Shown here: positions 1 to 9,783 of the stretch, one piece after another
Position numbering within the stretch: the first letter of the stretch is position 1
Layout: each line of letters opens with the position of its first letter
Assembly (NCBI GenBank): GCA_012295275.1
Contig: CM022677.1
Span: 11,222,001 to 11,286,000, forward strand
From: Chrysomallon squamiferum
Lineage: Eukaryota > Animalia > Mollusca
Reading direction: 5' to 3'
Length of the DNA stretch: 64,000 nucleotides
Position numbers and translations under genes: made by a program
The notes under the pieces: generated by a model
Seen by the model: the letters and a program-made list of their open reading frames with translations, nothing else
What the model was told of the DNA's origin: nothing
The model's database searches: none

Positions 1-319
1 TAATACCTGAAAGCTGATGTGACTGGAGACGACGCCTGCATCTGCAACGATATTAGAAGTATCTGAAATTACTTATACTTCGTAAATGAGGCAGTGAGCT
101 GTCAGTGAGAGTGAATGCATTTTGAATTGACTCATTGACAACCGCTAGTTATCACTTGGTTGAAACATCAAGCATTGTTTACTTAATTGGACTAATTAGA
201 AATTTCGACGTCGAAAATTCAAATTACCAAGCGCTTTTAAAGAAGAAAAAAAAACGGATTACGAACGAAATGATGGCCGTGCAGTTTACGTATCGTTGTT
301 GAAGTGCATTTCGTACTAT

Positions 320-1070
320 ACTCTCCCAGCATTTGCTAGTGCTAGTACTTTGTGACACACCAGCACAAAGAAATGCTAGCAGAGTGCTAACGATGTAGTC
401 GTCCTAAATAAATCTGACTGCTTTTGTGATCTGTTTGCGGAAACAGCATTACTTCGCTCAAAAGGTATCGTTGTTGAAGTGCATTTCGTACTATACTCTC
501 CCAGCATTTGCTAGTGCTAACAAGACGTGAAACGCCAGCACCAAGAAATACTAGCAAAGTATTAAGGACGTGATGGTCGTAAATAAATTTGAGTGGTGTC
601 TTCTGTGATCTGGTAGCGGTTTGAGCATAATTTAGCTAAAAAGGAAAGGCTTTCAACCAGATGGTCGGATGTCCCAAAAAACGCGAAGAATCACCGCAGG
701 ATTACCTCCCAGCATTTGCTAGTGCTAGCTCAGTTTACAAACAAGCACGTGGCGAATACTGAGAAAAAATATGCCTGCGATTACGTTTCGAAAGATGCGC
801 GTAGAAGAGTTGTGAAGTAAAGCTCATCCGATACTCTCCCAGCATTTGCTAGTGCTAACAGAACGTGAAACGCCAGCACAACCAAATACAAGCAAAGTAC
901 TGATGTTGTCTTTCTCTTAATGTACGTAATGCGTAACTTTTCGTCATTTCGTCGTCTACTTGCGACGGCGATGTTTCGGAAGCGTAGCTGTCTATTCGAT
1001 AAACCTCCAGCATTTGATAGTGCTAGTTGTGTTTTACGTCACGAGCACGAAACAAATACCAGAACGTTTA
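320..1070 (-). ncRNA. Putative microRNA cluster, five hairpins (minus-strand copy)
   Basis: The conserved 22-mer reads ctcccagcatttgctagtgcta on + at 323-344, 498-519, 706-727 and 836-857, with a variant at 1004-1025. Each is followed by a loop and a variable complementary arm. Hairpins lie at about 320-385, 494-561, 703-770, 832-899 and 1000-1070. Stem mismatches become G:U pairs only on the minus strand. Confidence 0.75.
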
Positions 1071-1273
1071 GAAATAACATATCAGGAAATTGTCTCGTAC
1101 AGTTTACACACAAGCACGTGGCGAATACTGAGAAAAAATATGCCTGCGATTACGTTTTTGGGACATCCGACCATCTGGTTGAAAGCCTTTCCCGTTTAGC
1201 TAAATTATGCTCAAACCGCTACCAGATCACAGAAGACACCACTCAAATTTATTTACGACCATCACGTCCTTAA

Positions 1274-2271
1274 TACTTTGCTAGTATTTCTTGGTGCTGG
1301 CGTTTCACGTCTTGTTAGCACTAGCAAATGCTGGGAGAGTATAGTACGAAATGCACTTCAACAACGATACCTTTTGAGCGAAGTAATGCTGTTTCCGCAA
1401 ACAGATCACAAAAGCAGTCAGATTTATTTAGGACGACTACATCGTTAGCACTCTGCTAGCATTTCTTTGTGCTGGTGTGTCACAAAGTACTAGCACTAGC
1501 AAATGCTGGGAGAGTATAGTACGAAATGCACTTCAACAACGATACGTAAACTGCACGGCCATCATTTCGTTCGTAATCCGTTTTTTTTTCTTCTTTAAAA
1601 GCGCTTGGTAATTTGAATTTTCGACGTCGAAATTTCTAATTAGTCCAATTAAGTAAACAATGCTTGATGTTTCAACCAAGTGATAACTAGCGGTTGTCAA
1701 TGAGTCAATTCAAAATTCATTCACTCTCACTGTCAGCTCACTGCCTCATTTACGAAGTATAAGTAATTTCAGATACTTCTAATATCGTTGCAGATGCAGG
1801 CGTCGTCTCCAGTCACATCAGCTTTCAGGTATTATTTGCTTTTCTTCACATTTAGTTTTCTTCAACAGAAACTGTACGAGACAATTTCCTGATATGTTAT
1901 TTCTAAACGTTCTGGTATTTGTTTCGTGCTCGTGACGTAAAACACAACTAGCACTAGCAAAAGCTGGAGGTTTATCGAATAGACAGCTACGCTTCCGAAA
2001 CATCGCCGTCGCAAGTAGACGACGAAATGACGAAAACTTACGCATTACGTACATTAAGAGAAAGACATAATCAGTACTTTGCTTGTATTTGGTTGTGCTG
2101 GCGTTTCACGTTCTGCTAGCACTAGCAAATGCTGGGAGAGTATCGGATGAGCTTTACTTCACAACTCTTCTACGCGCATCTTTCGAAACGTAATCTCAGG
2201 CATATTTTTTCTCAGTATTCGCCACGTGCTTGTGTGTAAACTGAGCTAGCACTAGCAAATGCTGGGAGGTA
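1274..2271 (+). ncRNA. Putative microRNA cluster, five hairpins (plus-strand copy)
   Basis: TAGCACTAGCAAATGCTGGGAG occurs at 1316-1337, 1491-1512, 2117-2138 and 2247-2268, with variant TAGCACTAGCAAAAGCTGGAGG at 1949-1970. Each is the 3' arm of a ~66-71-nt hairpin (1274-1341, 1450-1515, 1904-1974, 2075-2142, 2204-2271). CNNC starts 17-19 nt downstream of each 22-mer. Confidence 0.78.
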
Positions 2272-3089
2272 ATCCTGCGGTGATTCTTCGCGTTTTTGGG
2301 ACATCCGACCATCTGGTTGATTTTGCCAACTTTATATGTAAATAAATGTTAGCAGAGTTTGGAAGACACAGTTGACATATTATGAAACGAGCCTATAAAA
2401 CGTTTTCTTCAAAATGGCAATATTAAAAAATCCAAAACTTTGGAACAATTTGACTAACTATTTTAAATATTTTGTTTCTGAAATCAGGATAAAAAGTTAC
2501 TCAACCTTGTATTTCCTAAACTGAAAATCACTTTTCAGTACCTAACAACTCCTCCAACAACAAAAAGCAACAAGAACAATAATATAGATAAAGAAAAAGT
2601 AACATTGATAATAACAATACTTGAAATATAAACGTAAGTTTTAAAAGGTATGACACAATAAAACCCCAAAAATTCAAAATATATAAATAAAATAATAAAT
2701 TTCATAATATGAAATCACATAACATATAAACCTTAAATATGTGTGTGTGTGTGTTGATAATAGATTTTAATTTATTTTGAATGTATTTTTAAAATCACCA
2801 TCCACAAACAATTTAAACCCTGTACACCTGTCATTTTAGACGCGAAACTCACATTATGTAATAAAAAAAGTTCCAAGCTATTAGCTCTGGTTGTAAAATC
2901 CTTGTGCAAAGATTAACGTTAGTAAAACAAACAGATAAAACGTATAAGTGAAAAAAAAAAATGTACTGCCATTAAAAAATGAAATAAAAATAGAAATAAT
3001 TCTAACAACAGAAATAAAATTAATAGATATTTTTGGATTATATAAAATTTTGTTTTCTCCTACAATGTTATTGCAGTTATCAATACGAA

Positions 3090-3983
3090 ATGGGAAAAGT
3101 AAGAGCGTCCAAGAAAAGGAAAGCACAGGATGATGAGTGCCCTGAAAAGCCTCCAAAAGGGCGAAAGATTTCCGAACGTGGAGAAACATCACGTAGAGGA
3201 CCAGGGACAACAACATCTAGGAAACGGAAAGCACAGGATGATGGGTGCCCGAAGAAGCTTCCAAAAGGGCGAAAGATTTCCGAACGTGACCCTGGAGAAA
3301 CATCACGTAGAGGACCAGGGACATCAACATCTAGGAAACGGAAAGCACAGGATGATGGGTGCCCGAAGAAGCTTCCAAAAGGGCGAAAGATTTCCGAACG
3401 TGACCCTGGAGAAACATCACGTAGAGGACCAGGGACATCAACATCTAGGAAACGGAAAGCACAGGATGATGGGTGCCCAGAGAAGCCTCCAAAAGGGCGA
3501 AAGATTTCCGAACGTGACCCTGTAAAAGCAGCATGTGGAGAAAGACCAGGGATGTCAACATCACCATCACCCAGCACTGCTGAATCAACACAACAGCCTG
3601 AATCAGATAAGTCACCTACTTGTTCTTTGTGTTCAGAAGCATTTTTAGATAAGTGTCATGCAGACTCGTGTTTACATGAATTTTGTTTCAGCTGTTTGGA
3701 GAGGTGGTCTAGAAGCAGAAGAAATTGTCCAGTTTGCTCTGCAGGATTCACCGCCATCGTGTACAACTTAAGAGATGGAAACTGCGAGATGTACACATTG
3801 CCACCTCTCAGAGTCAAAAGAGTCAGAAGACATTCTGCAGCTGGATTCATCAGACGTATATTTGCGTATATCGGTCGTATATTTACGTATTTTAGTCGTA
3901 TATTTAGTTCTCTGTTGTGGAAAATCTTATTTGTTCTAATTGAATTTTGTCTTCTGATAGGTCGTTTACTAGGATTTGTGTAA
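3090..3983 (+). CDS. C3HC4 RING-finger protein (TOPORS/ICP0-like RING) with basic N-terminal repeats and hydrophobic C-terminus; probable E3 ubiquitin ligase
   Basis: The ORF is uninterrupted. The first ATG is at 3090, just after an acceptor-like pyrimidine tract ending ttgcag (3076). RING: CSLC..DSCLHEFCFSCLERWSRSRRNCPVC..F..I, whose C-L-H-x-F-C-F-x-C-xxx-W-S pattern matches TOPORS/ICP0-type RINGs. Confidence 0.85.
   Translation: MGKVRASKKRKAQDDECPEKPPKGRKISERGETSRRGPGTTTSRKRKAQDDGCPKKLPKGRKISERDPGETSRRGPGTSTSRKRKAQDDGCPKKLPKGRKISERDPGETSRRGPGTSTSRKRKAQDDGCPEKPPKGRKISERDPVKAACGERPGMSTSPSPSTAESTQQPESDKSPTCSLCSEAFLDKCHADSCLHEFCFSCLERWSRSRRNCPVCSAGFTAIVYNLRDGNCEMYTLPPLRVKRVRRHSAAGFIRRIFAYIGRIFTYFSRIFSSLLWKILFVLIEFCLLIGRLLGFV
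3111..3521 (+). repeat. Coding tandem repeat, 114-bp (38-aa) unit, about 3.6 copies
   Basis: Units start at 3111 (108 bp), 3219, 3333 and 3447 (partial). Peptide RKRKAQDDGCPKKLPKGRKISERDPGETSRRGPGTSTS. Confidence 0.95.
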
Positions 3984-4162
3984 TATTAGAAACCTTACAA
4001 CGTTACTCTAGGTGTATTGCTTTAACTTCAGCTGGCATCCTTCTGTCATTGTTTTATTTTATGATGATGATAGTAACAGTAATAGATACAGACATTTATT
4101 TGTAAAATATTTATTTGAAGTTGGTAATATCTGCAGTGATAATAACATTCTGTCCCTTTTGC

Positions 4163-4180
4163 CCCAGCATATCAGTGCTA
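4163..4180 (+). promoter_or_regulatory. Candidate target site for the neighbouring putative miRNA
   Basis: cccagcat-atc-agtgcta is complementary to nt 13-20 and nt 1-7 of UAGCACUAGCAAAUGCUGGGAG. It lies 180 nt after the RING stop codon with no AATAAA/ATTAAA in between. Confidence 0.5.
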
Positions 4181-4621
4181 TAGGAGATTGTGTTGATGAT
4201 GTTGACGTGAAGCTGGTTATGCTCCTTGCAGCTCTATAACCCTTGAGAGGTGGGCTCAGGTTTGTATTGTTTTTTAATTAATAAGTACTAACATACAACC
4301 AAAATACTAACAATTAACATGAATACTAACCATTAACCAGGTAGTAAACGTTATATAGAGACATACACATACATCCATACAGACACATACGAATATCCAT
4401 ACAGACAGAACACACACAGAACTACACTAACATATATAAAAACATATATACACTCACACACAGAAACATATTAACATTTAACAAATACTAACCTTAACCA
4501 ATTAGTTACAATTACTAATAATTACCACATACTTATCTGAATACGTGTATAAACACAAACACACACACACATCAACACACACACACATTCACATACGCAC
4601 ATATTATTTTATAATTAAAAC

Positions 4622-4993
4622 AAATTCTAACCATTAACCAAATACTAAAATTTAACAAATACTAACTATTAACCAAATACTAACATTTAACAAATACTAA
4701 CCATTAACCAAATACTAATGTTTAACAAATACTAACCATTAACAAAATATTAACAATTAACCAAATACTAACATTTAACAAATACTAACCATTAACCAAA
4801 TACTAACCATTAACCAAATACTAATATTTAACAAATACTAACTATTAACAAAATACTAACCATTAACCAAATACTAATTTTTAACAAATACTAACCATTA
4901 AGCAAATACTAACATTTAACAAATAGTAACTATTAACAAAATACTAACCATTAACAAAATACTAACATTTAACAAATACTAACCATTACTAAC
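4622..4993. repeat. 17-18-bp minisatellite (CCATTAACCAAATACTAA / CATTTAACAAATACTAA)
   Basis: About 20 tandem units. Stray copies at about 4295-4340, 4470-4530 and 34353-34403. Confidence 0.9.
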
Positions 4994-5916
4994 ATCCCCT
5001 ACGTGTACTGAACCTCACCATGGTGTAGGGGTGGCAACATTTCCAAAGGGAATGGCTAATTAGTACATTAATATAACATTTAATTGGTTAGAGAGATAGA
5101 CAGATTGATAGATTATGATAAATAGATTTACCTACATAGGGTATTGCTATTTTTTCTAATTTTGAATACAGTGCTCTTGCTTTGAAAGCCCTTTCTATAT
5201 ACAGACAGACAGACAGACCAACAGAGTATAGACAGAAGTGTATGTACTTAAGAATAAGTTATGTCACTCCCCAGATTACTCTAATTAGATGGATTATTTC
5301 ATTTTACCAGATATTAATTGATAATTAAGTATGACAGGTTCTGTAATTAATGTGCTCTTTAACACAAACTGTTACAGACAACTTTTTATCTTATCATATT
5401 TACTTCTTATCAATAGATGAATGACTATGTTTTCAGTGTAGATTTCCAGATTAATGTTCTCTTCATAAACAATACCAGAAATCTCTAGTCTCTCATTAAC
5501 AATTTATTGGTACCTCCAGTCATGCCTCCCTCCTAACTCCATATATTCCTCATTTATATTCCACAGTTTATATATTACGCCAAATTCCATTGATATATCA
5601 CTCAATCCATGGGCCTACAATGAGGACCTTATTTGTTAACAATTGATAATGTCTGAAAAGTAATTGCTTGTATAATTGAAAACCTTTCTGTCCACCATTC
5701 CATCCTTTTATCCATTTATTACTTTCCCAATTCTTCTTTGCACCAAAACTTTCATCCATCCCCCCATCTAACACTCCATCCATCCTTACCTACCTGCATG
5801 TGTCTATCTATCTATCTGTCTGTCTATATATTTGTTTCATTTCTTCATCAATTTCTCTGACTATTTGTCTATCTATCTGTCTGTTTGTTGGTCGCACCTG
5901 CTCACCGCTTTCTCTG

Positions 5917-5947
<31 letters not shown>

Positions 5948-7067
5948 ATCTATCTATCTCTATATCTATATCTATATCTGTATATATATATATATATATA
6001 TATATGGAGAGTGACAGAGAGAGTAAGAAAGCCAGAGGGAAATATTTATATGTCATAACTTATTCTTAACACGTGCACTTTTTTCATACACATTTATATA
6101 CCCGTTCTCTGTAAAACATACACATCAATGTATCTATGTTATCTGTGTATATCTGTCTATATATGTACCTAATTATTGCCTACCTAACCTATCAATATAT
6201 CTCACTTTCTTAGTTAAACATAGCACTGTCTTTCGTGCACACATACAAACACACACACACACACAAACGTACATATACACACTCCCTATTTACATCCTTT
6301 TTAATTGTTTAAATACACTCTTTCTATCTATTTATCTATCTATAAATATATGTATTTATCTATGTATTTATACCACATACATAAGCAACAGACTCAGTCT
6401 TTCCTATAGATGTGTAGGTATAAACTCAAGCCTCCTTTCATCTATCTATCTTTCTAGTAATCTATCTAGCTTTCTTCTGTCTATCAATTTACCTGTCTGT
6501 TATCATCTACCATCTGTCCACCCTTTTATATACATTATACAATCAACTATCACACACACACACACACACAGACACGTGTAGGTAATATATATATATATGC
6601 AGGCATGTGTGTTTGTATATTATACACACATACACAAACCCATTCCTTAACACACATATCTATCTATATATCTATCAGTCTGTCTAAATATCAATCTACC
6701 AAACTAGTAACATACATACCTATTATATTATCTCTCTAGCTTATATGCCTATTTTTTAAAAACAATCTATCAAACATATGTCCAGCTCCCTGAATATCTA
6801 ACTATATATTACTTCAAAGCTCACTATCTTGCTGTATATCTGTATAACCTATATGTATTTCTCTCTGGATATCTACCTATACTCTATCTGTATTTACCTC
6901 TGTATATTTATCTAAATGACCTACCTGTATTTATTTCTCTATATCTGTCTGAATAATCTATCAGTATTTATATTGTATAGCTACTTATAATCTATCAGTT
7001 CATCACTAACTCAATCCAAACACAGATCCTCTCCTCTATGTTTGTCTGCGTGTGTTTGAGTCTGGCG

Positions 7068-7118
<51 letters not shown>

Positions 7119-7534
7119 GTATATGTTATATTCTCTATCTTAACGCTATTTCTAACATAAACATTTTCTTACACATATACATCCTCAAATCTACTGCCAT
7201 CCACTTTACCATTATATAACCTATCTTGCTTCACACCTATCCTTCTATCTATCTTTCTGTCTATCTATTGAACCTACGCACCTGCCTATCTGTTTAGCTA
7301 TCTATATATCTCTCTGTCTATCCTCAAAATATATATATATAATTTGGTATTTCTCATATATATATATATATATATCTACATTACATTCCATCAATAACCA
7401 TCCATAAATCACCTATTCATCTTCCTAACTATCTCCCTAAATAATTATAACTACTTTCTATATCTATCTTTCTGTGATACTGTCCATTTATAACTCTCAT
7501 TCACAATTCCCATATTTAGCTATGCTTATCACTG

Positions 7535-7596
<62 letters not shown>

Positions 7597-9055
7597 TCAT
7601 TTGTGTATGCATATGCATGTGATATCACCTATCTACATACATCTCCATATTTATGTCTATCTACACACATTTCCATATGTATGTCTATCTACACATATTT
7701 CAATATGTATGTCTATCTAAATATTTTCTCATAATCAATCTACATAGCGGTTATATAATCTGTCTAATCTTGTCCATCCATTGAAATCAATAACCATCAA
7801 TAACAGCTCCTTATCTACATCTCCTCTATATCCACCTACATATCTCCCTATTTTTCTGTATGTTTGCACACATATACAGTCAGTATATTCACACTCTTCA
7901 AAAAACACAAGCAAATTTTCCTTCCCATACATATGTATATACTATTCTCTGCTCCAACTTATGCATACCTACACCTGCATATACATTCAGTCTTCCACAT
8001 TACCATCCATACTTGCCTACACCCACCTGTCTCTCTGTGTCTCTCTGTGTCTCTGCTGTGTATTAGTTAACTATCTACATATATCTACTGAAGTACTGAC
8101 CCACCTACCTGTCTGTATCTTTGAGTGTTTGATATCTGTCAGATGCCTGTCTATATAATCTACATATCAACCTACTGATCTACTCACCTACATACCTATC
8201 TGTTTATCTATCCACATTACAACAGATCAATAACCATTCATCAGTCATCTCTCCAACACCCTGTCAAACTACCTACATACACAACTAACTGTGCCTGCAT
8301 TACAACCTGTATGATTTATATATACATCTGTACGTCTACTCAGCCTGGCACACAAAACACACATGACAGAAAGAAGAATACACAGAATAGATAGATGGTC
8401 ATTGTCATGTTTACCTATCTACCTCAATTCATCTACATTTATCAATTCATTTGTTAACTTCTACTGATCTAGCTGTCTATCAATCTATCAATATATACTT
8501 CTTTTTCTTTGTATCTTCCTGTTTATCTCTTCACCTGTTAACCTTTCATCTGACAGTCAGTCTCATATCTCTGTCAATCATTTCTCCATTCCTTTAAATC
8601 ATTTACAGCTGCTCTCAAGTTAATTGCTAATAATCTTTATGAAAACAACATTAATCTGGAACCTGCTCTCTATTTAAAAATATCATTGCTCCACATATTT
8701 TCATTTCTTCTGCAATAATTTCTAATTTGCAGTGTAGAACCACACATAGCTTTTGTAGTGTCCTTAGTCATTATAGAGGAAGTTGTTAAGTCCTTTCCTG
8801 ATAAACCAAGAATCATCCACTGTTAACTTTTGGAGAATAATGAATGAATCAAACTGATATTGTTAATAACTTCTCTGTCTGGAAACTGCTTTGGAAAGAA
8901 AACTCCATAATTAGTCTCAATGTTTAAAGTAACCTCTATATTCTTCTCCATATTATTGTTACTGAAGCTGATTCCAGAATATTGTCGTTTCTGTAGATGC
9001 AATAATAAAATTTAATTGAATAATTATTTAAAAGTAATTTTCCATTGTGTTTAAT
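4960..9055 (+). repeat. Segmental duplication block A, copy 1 (paralog about 34355-37490)
   Basis: Colinear shared anchors, e.g. ctaacatcccctacgtgtactgaacctcacc (~4989/~34401), atgtccagctccctgaatatctaactatat (~6778/~35841), ctcagcctggcacacaaa (~8339/~37160), actgaagctgattccagaat (~8961/~37400). Confidence 0.9.
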
Positions 9056-9180
9056 TGTCTGATAAATAACAAATAATTTAAACAAAAATATAGATCTATA
9101 AAAAGGTATCAAAATTGTAAATTTTACATTCTGGTCAAAAAGTACAAAATCGGACATAGACTTGACAGTATCCACCTGTA
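8610..9180 (-). pseudogene. Possible decayed coding exon(s), product unknown
   Basis: Non-repetitive island with acceptor-like sites (ctacag ~8991, ttacag ~9176). It reads KRQYSGISFSNNNMEKNIEVTLNIETNYGVFFPKQFPDREVINN before stops and frameshifts. Related fragments at about 35076-35234 (inverted) and 37353-37459. Confidence 0.3.
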
Positions 9181-9741
9181 AATTGAAAATAATTAATTAT
9201 CTCCAGCCAATGAAAAATGTGAGGTATTTTAGTTAAATAACTAATTGACATTTTCTGTCATTTATTAATTGTTTGAGATAAGTCTCTTACGATATCACGA
9301 TTTCGAACAGTTTACAACAAACCTCATCTTACAAACTTCCCGTCCATAACTTTAATTACATGTTTCAGAACTCGAATGTTTTGGGTTTTAACGAAAAAGA
9401 GTGAAAAATTAATTTTTAAGTAATTTTTTAAACAGGCCGGTTGGCGGACCTTTAAATTATAATTTTTTAAATAAATTTTCTGTTGTAAAACCGGTATCAA
9501 GCATCATAATAAATGTGCCTAGGCAATCATTCAAGTAACACGCGATCAGTTTCCTTTTTTCACGTAAATACCACCTGTAATGTATTGAAAATGAAAACAA
9601 ATATTAAAATAAAAATATAATGGTTTCAAGTATTGTTTTACAACTACGTACTCAGCACTGTCCGCTGTGGAGTTTTAGCAGAGTAAGTGTTCACATTATG
9701 TGTCTAATGAGAATATTCATCCACCAGCGTCAGTGAAAACA

Positions 9742-9783
<42 letters not shown>

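Larger units (their letters stand above)
1..2320. repeat. Nested inverted duplication of a 1138-bp unit
   Basis: 1-683 is the near-perfect reverse complement of 1153-1834, and 653-1105 of 1869-2320. 1153-1182 equals 2291-2320 (30-bp direct repeat, 1138 bp apart). The left copy runs off the window edge. Confidence 0.95.

Noticed and set aside
920-2054. ORFs 920-1273, 960-1199 and 1818-2054
   Set aside because: They cross rearrangement junctions, run antisense to the hairpins, have no recognisable domain, and resemble each other only because of the inverted duplication.
320-2271. CRISPR-like repeat-spacer array
   Set aside because: The context is eukaryotic with no cas genes, the spacers are long and unequal, and each repeat pairs with its own adjacent variable arm, which fits pre-miRNA hairpins.
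3080-3577. Antisense and alternative-frame ORFs over the RING repeats
   Set aside because: They are by-products of a 114-bp repeat that lacks stops in several frames.
3570-3581. cccagcactgct in the RING CDS as a second miRNA site
   Set aside because: It matches only the 3' half of the 22-mer, with no seed pairing.
1-3983. Endogenous herpes-like virus (ICP0-type RING plus miRNAs in inverted repeats)
   Set aside because: No other virus-like ORFs or dense coding are present, the flanks are host microsatellite DNA, and the RING is equally TOPORS-like. A phylogeny is needed to exclude it fully.
5620-5690. Peptide GPYLLTIDNV*KVIA faintly resembling an RNF213-like LTxDNxxK motif
   Set aside because: It is too short, contains a stop, and no Walker A motif follows.
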